Shown: piece by piece, positions 38,776-52,031 of the stretch
How positions within the stretch are numbered: the stretch's first letter is position 1
Layout of the letters: each line of letters opens with the position of its first letter
From: Octopus sinensis
Taxonomy: Eukaryota
Direction: 5' to 3'
NCBI RefSeq assembly: GCF_006345805.1
Contig: NW_021834580.1
Location: 3,478 to 67,477 of the forward strand
DNA length: 64,000 bases
The notes under the pieces: model-generated
The model's database searches: none
What the model was told of the DNA's origin: nothing
The model's input: only the letters and a program-made list of their open reading frames with translations
Translations under genes and position numbers: made by a program

Positions 38776-41071
38776 TTATGAGATAATACGCGCGTTTAGA
38801 CGTGCAACGATATGTATGAATATACATACATATGGATGGAAGCACTCCGTCGGTGAAATTAACGTGTAAGTGGCAGAGCACTCCACCGACACGTGTACCC
38901 TTAACGTAGTTCTCGGGGATATTCAGCGTGACATAGAGAGTGACAAGGCCGGCCCTTTGAAATACAGGTACAACAGAAACAGGAAGTAAGAGTGAGAGAA
39001 AGTTGTGGTGAAAGAGTACAGCAGGGATCACCACCATCCCTGCCGGAGCCTCGTGGAGCTTTAGGTGTTTTCGCTCAATAAATACTCACAACGCCCGGTC
39101 TGGGAATCGAAACCGCGATCCTATGACCACGAGTCCGCTGCCCTAACCACTGGGCCATTGCGCCTCCACACATACATATAACAACATAAACATCAACATC
39201 AGCACAGGTACGGATTCCAAATATTTGTACACATACACACAACTATGTTGACGCTGTGAGAATTCTCATAAAGGACACTTGGATCTAGGGTGGAAACTGT
39301 CTGTCTCTCTCTCTCTCTTGGTAAGACATCTAGTGATTAAACTTAATAATCCTTTCTTTTATAGGCACAAAGCCTGGAATTGTAAAGAGGGGGGGTACTC
39401 GATTACATCGATCGCAATGCGTAACTGGCAACTTATTTCATCGACCCGCGAAAGACTGAAAGGCAAAATCGACCTCGGTGGATTTTGAACTGAGAAAATA
39501 AAGACGTGCGAAACGTCGCTAAGCATTTTGCCAGGAAGTGAAAACCTGACGACGCAAACTGGGAAGTATGTAATCAAGCCATGTTTGCATAAGACGGGCG
39601 GCTGGCAGAAGCGTTAGCACGCCGGGCGAAAGGCGAAATGCTTAGCGGTATTTCGTCTGCCGTTACGTCTGAGTTCAAATTCCGCCGAGGTCAACTTGCC
39701 TTTTATCCTTTCGGGGTCGATAATTAAGTACCAGTTACACATGGGGTCGATGTAATCGACTTAATCTGTTTTGTCTGTCCTTGTTTTTCCCTCTGTGTTT
39801 AGCCCCTTGTGGATAGTAAAGAAATACATATTTGCATAAATGACTACTTTTAGAAGCTGATGGCTCAGAAAAAGACGCTTCTTTGTGAAAATTATTTATC
39901 AGTAAAAGAAAATTAATCAAATTTCAGGAGTGGCTATAGGCGCAGGAGTGGCTATAGGCACAGAAGTGGCTGTGTGGTAAGTAGCTTGCTTATGAACCAC
40001 ATGGTTTCGGGTTCAGTCCCACTGCGTGGCACCTCGAGCAAGTGTCTTCTACTGTAGCCTCAGGCCGACCAAAACCTTGTGAGTGGATTTGGTGGACGGA
40101 AACTGAAGAAGCCCGTCGTATATATGTATAGCTGTGTGTGTGTGGTGTTTGTGTGTCTGTGTTGTTTTGTCCCCCCCCCCCCCCCCTCACTTGGACACAT
40201 GACCGATGCTGGTGTGTTTACGTCCCCGTAACTTAGCGATTCGGAAAAAGAGACCGATAGTATAAGTACTAGGCTTACAAAGAATTAAGTATGAGGGTCG
40301 ATTTCCTCGACTAAAGGCGGGATCCAGATGCCGCAGTCAAATGACTGAAACCAAGTAAAAGAGTAAAAGAGTAAAGGAGTATAAACTAACTAAAAATAAG
40401 GAAAAAAAATTATCATGTGAAAGGAGGACAGCAAGAATCAAAAAATAATGACGTACATATTCATTCTTAATACGTTCCGGCAGATTCGAACATAAATATG
40501 CTAATCGCTGCTGTATTTCGTCTTCACAGAGCACCTCTTTTCAGACGATGTATGTTCACAAAACACTCGATTCATTGATGTGAGAAGACTAAGACACTGC
40601 AATGTTTCCACTGGTTTGTTCCTCTTCGGCCAAAGCTACCTCGTTTCAATGAAACTAAACAACAACTGCGGTTCAGGCTTATAAGATTCAGCAAATTAAT
40701 TATTTACTGATGAGGGCTCATATCTGAAAGACCGTTAATAAATTACTATGTGCAACGGAAAACAGTGGAAATAAAAGTATTAATATACGTATTAGTACTT
40801 AATACGTCCAAGCATATTCAAATGTGTACATGACGATCACTGTTGCAAAAATAATGATTTTTTAATATAGAATTGTCATTTTATGAACCGTCACCTTCTA
40901 GAAATTGCTAACCGATAATTTGGTACGTTATTATTAGTCTATGATTGTAGTGGTTTGTGCTAGTGGCGATGGTGATTTCGTATATTCCGTATCCGAACTA
41001 CTTCAATATATTAACGGAAATTAATTCATTTCTTTTGCCAAATTTATTTTCTTCTCTGTTTTGTCTCCCTT

Positions 41072-41136
<65 letters not shown>

Positions 41137-41152
41137 TTCTCTCCCTCCCTCT

Positions 41153-41208
<56 letters not shown>

Positions 41209-41302
41209 TTCTCTCTCTCTCTCTCTCTCTCTCTCACCGAATTCAGGCAGGCAAGAAATATATGCCGCATTATTGCATTCATATACAAGCATATACATAG
41301 GC

Positions 41303-42060
41303 GGAATTTCAACCGTGTTTCGTGGTCTGCTACCACAGCAGCTCCTTTATAGGATCCAGTTAGCTCAAAGCATCATCAGGAGGAACCACGTTTTGCCGTG
41401 GCGAGCCCCCACCCCTTTCGGAGGTGTCTTCAGCTCTGGTGTTGGGTGCATGTTTCCTTTCTTCTTTCTTCTGTTCCCTGGCCTCTTCGATGTAGCGTCA
41501 ACGAGTGTCAGCGGACGACTGACTGTTTCGTCAATTTTTTTTTCCTTTAAATACCTGCTGCTTAGGCTCCAGCAGGTAGCCCCAGCAAGTTGTCACGTGA
41601 CACAGTCTCAACTTTAACTGACTAATGAAGGCGCGTAGTCTTAGCCCACGCATTCTCTAAACGACCGTCACCTGTCAATAAGCGAAGCTAATTCAGTGTC
41701 AGCTTGTCTCACCTAGTAATGTTATTTTCCTGCCGGTATGTTATGACTTTCAAGCCGTTTTTAGTCTTCCCGTTTCAGCCATATATAGAAGCTGGCTTTT
41801 TCGACCGCCTCCTGTACTCTCATTAGTTTTCTCAGCTCCGAGCTAGAAAAAACAAATCTTCTTTTGAATAGCGTTGTCATTTTTCTTCCAATGGAGCCCC
41901 TAGCCCCCACTGCCAGGTGGTAATACTCGACATTCCGTCCCTCTTCTCTGCACTCTTCGATTAGTTTTTCGTACCTCTTCTCCTTTCGTTTCTCTGCATT
42001 GCCGATGTTCTCTTCCCATGGCACTGTCTGTTCTAGCAAAATTCCTATTCTCCGTTCTCA
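41303..42060 (-). mobile_element. HERO-like RLE retrotransposon 3' fragment with 3' UTR
   Basis: ORF 41761-42039 EQTVPWEENI..AEKRKEKRYEKLIEECREEG...VGARG...EKASFYIWLKR matches the ELTVPWEE-type RLE C-terminus. Inclusion of 41303-41535 in the element is inferred. Confidence 0.75.
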
Positions 42061-42537
42061 TGATGTACACACCTAGCAATGAACTCATAAAAATATGCAC
42101 TCCCTTCTGTTTAGAAAAAGGCACAAATACGTGAGCATGACCCAGAAAATGAGTGAATATGTATGTGCTTGTGTGCTCGCGTGTATGTGTGTTGTGCGCG
42201 CGCTTATGTGTGTGAGCGCGCGCGTATGTATATGTATATGTCTCGGGTGTGACCTTAAACTATATCCAGTGATGAAGTTCCATTGCGGAAGTTCTGAAGT
42301 TGTGGGGAGCGTGGAGTCACCCCTTAATTACCATTATTCTCAGTTATGTTCTGATCCAGAATAGTAGTTACCTATCAGGGTCTCACATATGCGTTAAATA
42401 GACTTCCCAGGGGTAGAGGAGGTTCCCGTTACTTTCTGACAAAACCGTGGGAAAAAGAAAAGCAAAGAGAGGAGAAATAGACGCAGAGAGAGGTTTCATG
42501 ACAATCAAGAAAGAGGAAAAAATGATAAAGGATAGAC

Positions 42538-42610
<73 letters not shown>

Positions 42611-42929
42611 TTACATACATAGATAGACAGACAGACAGACAGATAGGAAGTCAGATACAGACAGACAGATAGATAGAGAGACAGACAGAGAGTGTGTCTT
42701 TTCAATTTGATGTGGTCAATTCATTGAAATTTCATTACAGGGCATTTTCTTTTTCTCTTCTTTCTTTTTTCTTTTCCATTATATACTTATCAACATATTT
42801 GTAAAAAATACATTTTCTCACAAGGGTTGGTAACCTTTCAAAAATGTAAATTTGAAAGGTCACCAGCTCTTGTGAGAAAAGGTGTGTATTTAGAAATATA
42901 TTGATAGGTACACAATGGAGACTCGCATT

Positions 42930-44660
42930 TGGGGACAGCAGTGGTCCGGGGATAGCGGTGGTCCGGGAGCTAAGAAGGCCGGAAGTCTCAACTGCGACAG
43001 GCTCAACCATAAATCTATCGGAGAGCAACCGATTCCTTGACAGTTTGCTTTTCTTAGCCTGATGAGCAACGGGGCCTGGGCTGGTAGCTGACAACATCAA
43101 GTTTCCACTGGAGGAGGTGTCACGGTACGTTGCATCCCAGAAGGGCCTACCACCATGGAACGGAAGAATTGGACTTTTACTGTCCCCTCGTTCTAGCCCC
43201 GCTGGCTCGAGCTGGGAAAGGAAGCCTACGGCCTCTAGGCCATGCATTATGATCTTGTTAAGGGTGACATAGCATGGAAGGCGACAAGCACAATGACGGC
43301 ATGACAGTGGGTGGAGGCCGAAAGGATCCCCAGTGGGTATGCAGCGGGATTCATGAGGCTCACAGATATGGAGACCAAGTCTCAGAGAAACACCGATGCA
43401 CAGGCAGTCGCTATCAAGTGCGAATGATGGCACCGAATTGAGTCAAGCTCCGGTGTGAGGCTCAGAGGCTGGGCTGAGACATGCCAGACAGTGCTGGTCT
43501 AGTCGGTGCACAAACTTGTCCGCAGTCATGCTACACCGGGAGTGGGGCGTTCCGTTTCTTTTAAGAGGACCAGACGTTCACAATTGGGAGAAGGGGATGG
43601 ACGCCAGCGAGGAACAGGCCGAGCCGGTTCCATGTTACCACGGCCGCCTTACGTTTCCCAATTACAGATGGTTCAGTTGTGTTGTGAAGAACCCTGTTAA
43701 TAAGAACACAGTAAGAGGACACCGACGAGAGAAAAGCTGGCAGGGCCAGTGAAACCGGGAATTGAAGGCCGAGGCCGCCATATTTGATGGGTAAGGTGGC
43801 CTGTTGCCATCCTGTGTCCTCGAACTAAACGTTGCATATCTCTTCTGTGGCACGTTGGATACAGGCATCGAGATCTGTGAGGAGAGATACGTGGATGTAG
43901 CAAGGGGCACAGCGGAGAGTATGCAATGTCTTTTACATAGCGGGTGGGCATCAATCGCTTTCAGTCTGTCCGTCAATCTTTCAAGCTGGAAGAGCTTAGA
44001 TCTGAGGGTAGAGCGAATGGCAGGCAGGAGGATCGGCGAACCAAGGGTAAAGACATCCTCCTTTGAGGTCACCTGTAGCTGGTGAAGTAGTGAATGTAGG
44101 TCGGAGACAGGGGCTACACAGCCCAATGCGTCGTAGTTGATTTTCACGACCTCCGACTTGGACGAGTTTATTTCAAGGCCGATCATCGCTAGAGCGGAAA
44201 CCACTGGTCGGAAATCGTGGCAGGCATTCTCTACTGGCCCACCAGTCGTCGCATCATCCAGGTACCAGACGTTAAAAGGAGCTGTGATGACTCCGAGCAA
44301 TGCTGTCCACCCCGAGAGCGAATAGGAGGGGGCCCAAGGTATCGCCCTGTTGAACGCGGTCGAAGATGGTATGACATTATCTGCGCTGAGGAGCCTGCTT
44401 GCAGCCCCGTACGGCAGGTAAGCCAACAGGGAGGCTGACGGGGCACGGCTTAGGCAGGTCTGGAGCAAGTAGTCATGGCTTGGACAGTTGAAAGCGTTTT
44501 TCAAACCAAACTTGACAATGAGGTGCTCGGTATCGCTAGACGTCGGCTCAGGAAGAGAGTCATTGAAAAAATCGCCTAGCAGCATGGGCGGCTCCTTCGC
44601 ACCCGCTGCATACGCCTACCCCCAGCTGTACCGGGCTGAGTTCCTCGTCTAGCTCAGACG
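42930..44660 (-). mobile_element. CRE-clade non-LTR retrotransposon fragment (RT, CCHC, RLE)
   Basis: QLGVGV.SGCEGAAHAAR and NVWYLDDATTGG, then LRLGL.IC..H..C....D..G.H.LSC, WDAT..DT and PVAVETSG in ORFs 43662-44585 and 42735-43433. Confidence 0.82.
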
Positions 44661-45149
44661 CAACAGAGCTGCAAATTCCAAATAAATGGATATAGACATA
44701 GAAAAGTATTAATTTTATGATCGTGATTGTAGGTTTCATATGTGGAATGGCCTGAATAAAGAGAAAAGAAACCGCACATTCATTCGATCTTTAACCACAG
44801 ACTTGTTTGAAATTTTAGGAAAATATGGCGACGAACTGACAGAATCGTTAGAACGCTGGATGAAATGCTTAGCGATATTTCACCCGTCGCTACGTTCTGT
44901 GTTCATATTTCGCCGAGGTCGACTTTTCCTTTTAACCTTTCGAGGTCGATAAATCAAGTACCAGTTAAGTACTGGTATCGATGTAATCGACTATCCCCCT
45001 CCCCTAAATTTCAGGCCTTGAGCCTATAATAGAAAGGAATTTTAGGAAAATAAAAGAACATTTGAAGATAAGGATATCATAAAAAGATAATCTTTAATCC
45101 GTTTGAAGATAAGGATATCATAAAAAGATAATCTTTAATCCGTTTCTGG

Positions 45150-45310
45150 TGTCTGAACGGAATGCCATCCAGTGTAGCATGACTGCGGACGGGTTTGTGC
45201 GCCAACTTGACCAGCAGCGTCTGGCATGTCTCCGCTCAGCCTCCGAGCCTCACACCGGAGCTTGGCTCAATTCGGTGCCATCACACGCAACTGACAGATT
45301 CATGAGAATG
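45150..45310 (+). mobile_element. Second CRE-like fragment in opposite orientation
   Basis: Diverged reverse complement of ~43430-43530 (CCTCACACCGGAGCTT..CTCAATTCGGTGCCATCA). Confidence 0.75.
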
Positions 45311-46311
45311 GAAAGTGTAGATGTACGTTTAACTAAATAAATGTATGTATATACACACATAGGCGCAGGAGTGGCAGTGTGGTAAGTAGCTTGCTTGCCA
45401 ACCACATGGTTCCGGGTTCAGTCCCACTGCGTGGCATCTTGGGCAAGTGTCTTCTGCTATAACCCCGGGCCGACCAATGCCTTGTGAATGGATTTGGTAG
45501 ACGGAAACTGAAAGAAGCCTGTCGTATATATGTATATATATATTTGTGTGTGTGTATGTCTGTGTTTGCCCCCCTAGCATTGCTTGACAACCGATGCTGG
45601 TGTGTTTACGTCCCCGTCACTTAGCGGTTTGGTAAAAGAGACCGATAGAATAAGTACTGGGCTTAAAAAGAATAAGTCCCGGGGTCGATTTGCTCGACTA
45701 AAGGCGGTGCTCCAGCATGGCCGCAGTCAAATGACTGAAACAAGTAAAAGAAAGAAAGATGTATGTACATTAGCGTAGATTAAGTGTATATGTATATGTA
45801 GGTATGCGCACTAGTAAATTTGTTAATTTAATAGCCTCTCTTAATGATTTGAAAAGCAACAGAGGGTGGTAGTGATAGTATGTATCTAAAATTATGTCTG
45901 TAAAGTGAGTTTTTTTGGTATCATTCTGACTTAAGGAAGTGAACTGGTTTTCTTTGAAGTGGAACGGTAACAGACACCAGAGACGGATAATTGTTAAAGG
46001 TTATCCTTTCATGACATTCTTATCATCAAATGTTCTTTATTTTCCTAAAATTCCAAACAACTTTGTGGTTAAAGATCGAATGAATTTGTGGTTTCTTTAC
46101 TCTTTATTTTTTATGGCCGTTAACTTGTTTTTGTTGTTGTTTTTTTTCTTATTTTCTAATTTGTATCGCTTTGTATTTCCTTGTCCTTCTTTGTCAGAGG
46201 AATAATTAAAAAGTAAGTTTATGAATTTGTGTTGCAAGATTCCTGATGTGAAACTGTGTGTTGAAACAGATATTGCTGTATTTCGGGACGGTAATGGGTT
46301 TTGGGTTTTTT

Positions 46312-46678
46312 TTTTTTAATCGTCCTCTACTCGTTTATTACTGTTCTTATTCTAACTCATGTCCCTAAGACTACGCGAGACAAGAGCACACACGAGGACG
46401 GAAAGTGTCGCTGAAGAGATCACAGACAATGGACATAAGGACAGCAATAAATGAGTGAAGAACGAATATATGGTGCGTGGTTTTGGTTTTTTTTAATCGT
46501 CCTCTACTCGTTTATTACTGTTCTTATTCTAACTCATGTCCCTAAGACTACGCGAGACAAGAGCACACACGAGGACGGAAAGTGTCGCTGAAGAGATCAC
46601 AGATGTGTGACGAAAGATTTCCGGACAATGGACATAAGAACAGCAATAAATGAGTGAAGAACGAATATATGGTGCGTG
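46312..46678. repeat. Tandem duplication of ~170-190 bp within a probable MITE (inverted ends at 46215-46295 and ~46700-46730; related end at 28422-28520)
   Basis: TTTAATCGTCCTCTACTCG...GAATATATGGTGCGTG occurs twice. GTATTTCGGGACGGT / ACCGTCCCGAAATAC are inverted. Confidence 0.7.
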
Positions 46679-49079
46679 TGTTTATTTGGTAAAAAAAAAA
46701 AAGACCGTCCCGAAATACAACAATAATAAAAAGTAGTATTTCGTTATGGGTATAAAATGTGGAGAAACTAAAGATGATTGAGTAGTGCTTTTTCTTTGGT
46801 CAATCGAGAAAGATCATGTGTAAAGCTATTGTTGAATCATATTAATACAATATTGCGTACAATTCATGTAACTTTAAGCAATTAACAGCTGTTGTTCAAA
46901 AGCCTGCTCAATCCATCTTCTCGTATTAAAATTTGTTCGTTTATACTCTACGGATATTTGCAGATTTCCACAAGTATATCCAATAAACACGTTCTGTTGT
47001 GTGATAAAATTTGGTACCTGATACCTAGAGAAGAGCTTTGAAAAGCACACTATAAAGTTATTACCCAGATTATACATATGTATCACAGAAAGCTCCCCTC
47101 TCTCTCTCTCTCTCTCTCTCTGTATATATATATATAGATATATATATATATATATATATATATAGTAACTGACGTACGCGGTTCCGTTCTCATAACTATT
47201 TCGCTAATCCAATAACAATAATACACTGTATGTAGCCCTTTAAACGGTTTTTGTGCATTTACAGAGAATACCGAACTTGGATCTTGTTTTTAGGAATCCC
47301 CAATAAGTGCATAGGATCAGATTGGTTTCGTTGTTTTAGATGTCTATGCGAGCAGTCATATGTATCCATCTCAGCTCTCTTAACTCTTAACCCGGCGGAA
47401 TATAAAGGATGTGACAGGTGGGGGAGAGAAGGCTTCAACCAACAATTGCCTGGTACTCATTTTTAGTCGGGTAGACTGAAGCAACGTAACATGAAGCGCT
47501 TTGGTCGAAGATATAAAGTACTTGAAGAAGCACTCCGTCGGTTACGACGATGAGGGTTCCGGTTGATCCGAATCAACGGAACAGCCTGCTCGTGAAATTA
47601 ACGTGTAAGTGGCTGAGCACTCCACAGACACGTGTACCCTTAACGTAGTTCTCGGGGATATTCAGCGTGACACAGAGAGTGACAAGGCCGACCCGTTGAA
47701 ATACAGGTACAACAGAAACAGGAAGTAAGAGTGAGAGAAAGTTGTGGTGAAAGAGTACAGCAGGGATCACCACTATCCCCTGCCGGAGCCTCGTGGAGCT
47801 TTATGTGTTTTCGCTCAATAAACACTCACAACGCCCGGTCTGGGAATCGAAACCGCGATCCTACGACCGCGAGTCCGCTGCCCTAACCACTGGGCCATTG
47901 CGCCTCCACATAAAGTACTATTCAGACCACGAAAAGCAAGAGAAAGCAACATGTATATTGAGAAACCATAACTGTGTTCTATTATAATACCAATCATTAC
48001 AAGGTTACTTTATTGGAATATAAAAATGACACTAGCACTTAACGAGGACTTAATTCCACTTGAAGCCCCGATATATGAAAAGTAAAGCTGACCTCAGTGA
48101 GATTTGAACTCTGGATGAGAAGGACCGTAAGTAAATACAACAAGGATTCTAAATCTTTCCAGTCTAGATTATTAAACAAAAATCAATTGGATATGTCCGC
48201 TTACCATACTTATTGAATTTAATCGAATGACACATGTAGCAACTTGTGAGTTCTGGCGTTTCAATTGCTGATTGACCTAAAACGATAAATGAAAATCAAT
48301 TTACGTGTACACACATGCACACACACGCACACCTATATGTATGTGTGTTTGCAAGTATGTTTATGTGTGTGTGTGTATGCATATATATATCATATATACA
48401 TATATATATATTATCTATATACACTCATGTGTATATATATATATAATATTAAATAGATATATATATATATTACATACAATATATATTTGTATATATATAT
48501 ATAAAATTATAAGTTTAAATATTTAAATAATTTTTATTTTTAACTTTATATTTTTTATATTTTTTATATTTTTTATATATTTTATATATTTTATATATTA
48601 TATATATTTTATATTTTATATTTTAATTAATTTTATGCATTGGCTATGTTTTTCACTGTTTGATTTGCCAATAGTGGTTTTATCTCTAATTTAATATAAT
48701 ATAATATAATATATTTATACTATAAAATTGGATTTAATCCTAAATCTCATTTTCCCTGTAAGTTGAATTTATCCCTAATATTATATATATATATATATAA
48801 GTTTAAAAATTAAGGATAACCTCTTAATAAGGGATCTTAACAAGAAATATCGGGTAGTTATGCGTGAAAACCTCATAAAAGAAGAATTCGAAAATAACTT
48901 TTTTCTTTTGAACAAATTAATTATATCTATATTGTATAGAGGGCATATACACATAAATGCCCCACACTAAGAGGGACAAAGTCATTACTACCAAAATTAT
49001 ACTAAAGTATATTTGGTAGTAATGACTTTGTCCCTCCTATGAGGCATTTATGTGTAATAATGCCCTATATACAATATAT

Positions 49080-49121
<42 letters not shown>

Positions 49122-49393
49122 TATATATATACATATACATACATATTGTTGACACATTTTTAAAAAAAAAAACTACAATTAAAGTTCTATCTGAAGCAGT
49201 CTGTAATGATGTCAAAACTGTTTACCTAGATTATTAAACGGAAATCAATTTGTATGTACTGTCATCATATTTACTGACGTTGAATCGAACGCCACATGAA
49301 GCAACTTGTGTATGTATACGTCCTGGTTCCACAATTGTTTACATTATAAGCTAAACAAAAATCAATTTATATATGTACTATTACCACATTTTA

Positions 49394-49682
49394 CGGATAT
49401 TTTCGGTTTGAACGGCAGTTTTTTCTAGCGGTGTCATATTAAAATTGTCACCCATAATTATGACCCTAGTATCGATCTATTGCATTTCAATCTATTTTAG
49501 GGTTAGGGGTGGGGGAAGGGTATCTTTTTTTTCTTCACAAATGTAAATAAACCCAATCTGTTTTTTTAAACGAGGAACATATTCATACGGCACAGAATGT
49601 TGTTTACCTCAATGGACGTCAGTGATTGGTTGAAATTGCAGAAATTGAAGAAAAAAACTGCCGTTCAAACCGAAAAGATCCC
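49394..49682. mobile_element. Shorter, oppositely oriented copy of the same MITE
   Basis: Same TIRs, internal TTAGGGTTAGGG, and flanking duplication CACATTTTA (49385-49393 and 49683-49691). Confidence 0.85.
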
Positions 49683-49698
49683 CACATTTTAATTCACT

Positions 49699-49743
<45 letters not shown>

Positions 49744-51256
49744 CATTGTTGATACAACTATTTACTGAAAATTTTAAACGAGAATGAAGCTAACAGTACT
49801 GTTGTTTCCACACTTTCATTGAACCGTATGAAATGTCACGCGAATCAACTTGTGTGTCCTCATGTCACATCTGTTTCCGTATGCCTCACAACTGTACTAT
49901 CTCGTGCAAAGTGAATACTCCCAATTATCTGCCACTTCAAACACTGTAGACCTCGTAAAGTACAACTTTTTCCAACATATCCATCTTGACTTGTAATCAA
50001 TACTATTTGACATTTATCTGCGTTTCGGATTTTATTTTGTATTTTTTTCAAAATTCAGTTTTTTTTGTTGTTTTTTTTTTTTTTTAAACATTTAAACATG
50101 CAGAAGTGAACTATAAGTATCATTAAGCTACGTCGTGATATATATCACATTATCAGATCAGTGAAGTAGTAAAAGTAGCTTGCCTGTCTTTCAGTGAATA
50201 GTTGCAGATATTTATGTTCTGAGTTCAAATCCCTTCGGCGGTAACTTCGTCTTTTAGTCTTTCGATAAAAGACTGCAAAATAAGCATCAGTGATCAAAAT
50301 CTGTTTTACCATTACCATCACCTCCACATCTTACCAACTGTAACTTTGACCTTGTACCATAATTAAAGGACATTGCATTGGTAATAATATCTGCATCTAA
50401 CTAACCAACAGGCACTTCGTCGGTTATGACGACGAGGGTTGCAATTGATCCGATCAATGGAACAGCCTGCTCGTGAAATTAACGTGCAAATTGCTGAGCA
50501 CTCCACAGACACGCGTTCCCTTGACGTATTTCTCAGGGACATTCAGCGTGACACAAAATGTGACAAGGCTGTACAACTCATTTTTGCAAGCTGAGTGGGC
50601 TGGAGCAACATGAAATAAAGTGTTGTGCGCAAGGCGTAGGAGTGGCTGTGTGGTAAGTAGCTTGTATACGAACCACATGGTTCCGGGTTCACTCCCACTG
50701 CGTGGCACCTTGGGCAAGTGTCTTCTACTATAGCCTCGGGCCGACCAAAGCCTTGTGAGTGGATTTGGTAGACGGAAACTGAAAGACGCCCGTCGTATAT
50801 ATGTATATATATATATGCGTGTGTGTGTTTGTATATCTGTGTTTGTCCCCCCAACATCGCTTGACAACCGATGCTGGTGTGTTTAGAATAAGTACTGAGC
50901 TTACAAAGAATAAGTCCTGGGGTCGATTTGCTCGACTAAAAGGTGGTACTCCAGCATGGCCACAGTCAAATGACTGAAACAAGTAAAAGAGTAAAAGGTA
51001 AGGATCTAACGCGCCGCAAGGCATCGAACTCGCGACCTTACGATCCTTAGCTGAATAACCTAACTACTAAGCCACGCGCCTCCACTGTAGTACTGTCTAC
51101 AAATCTACCTATTTTCCTGCATACAAGTTGAAGCCTTCAGACCAAAATTTACAGCCAAAAAAAGGTAGGCCGACTTATAGACAATGGTGATATTTGAGGT
51201 CCAAAAACTCCGTGTGAAATACAGCAGGATTTGAAAAGTTGTAACGGTATTTCAAA

Positions 51257-52031
51257 GGCGGCGAGCTGGCAGAAATATTAGCACGCCGGGCGAAATGCTT
51301 AGCGATATTTCGTCTGCGTTACGTTGTGAGTTCAAATTCCGCCGAGGTCGACTTTGCCCTTCATCCTTTCGGGGTCGATAAATTAAGTACCAGTTACGCA
51401 CTGGGGTCGATGTAATCGACTTAATCCGTTTGTTCCCTCTGTGTGTAGCCCCTTGTGGGTAGTAAAGAAATAGGTATTTCGTCTGCGTTACGTTGTGAGT
51501 TCAAATTCCGCCGAGGTCGACTTTGCCTTTCATCCTTTCGGGGTCGATAAATTAAGTACCAGTTACGCACTGGTGTCGATGTAATCGACTTAATACCTAT
51601 GTCTGTCCTTGTTTGTCCTCTCTGTGTTTATCCCCTTGTGGGTAATAAAGAAATAGGTATTTCGTCTGCGTTACGTTGTGAGTTCAAATTCCGCCGAGGT
51701 CGACTTTGCCTTTCATCCTTTCGGGGTCGATAAATTAAGTACCAGTTACGCACTGGTGTCGATGTAGTCGACTTAATACCTATGTCTGTCCTTGTTTGTC
51801 CTCTCTGTGTTTATCCCCTTGTGGGTAATAAAGAAATAGGTATTTCGTCTGCGTTACGTTGTGAGTTCAAATTCCGCCGAGGTCGACTTTGCCTTTCATC
51901 CTTTCGGGGTCGATAAATTAAGTACCAGTTACGCACTGGTGTCGATGTAATCGACTTAATACCTATGTCTGTCCTTGTTTGTCCTCTCTGTGTTTAGCCC
52001 CTTGTGGGTAAGAAAGAAATAGGTATTTCAA
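51257..52031 (+). repeat. Head-to-tail array of SINE B: one full copy + three 183-bp units
   Basis: GGTATTTC junctions at 51473, 51656, 51839 and 52022 (period 183). Confidence 0.93.

Noticed and set aside
40707-40735. CTGATGA...GAAA hammerhead-like string
   Set aside because: Stem II relies on wobble pairs and no stem I/III or cleavage triplet could be assembled.
51257-52031. Regularly spaced array suggestive of CRISPR
   Set aside because: The units are whole 183-bp SINE segments without unique spacers, there are no cas genes, and the DNA is eukaryotic.
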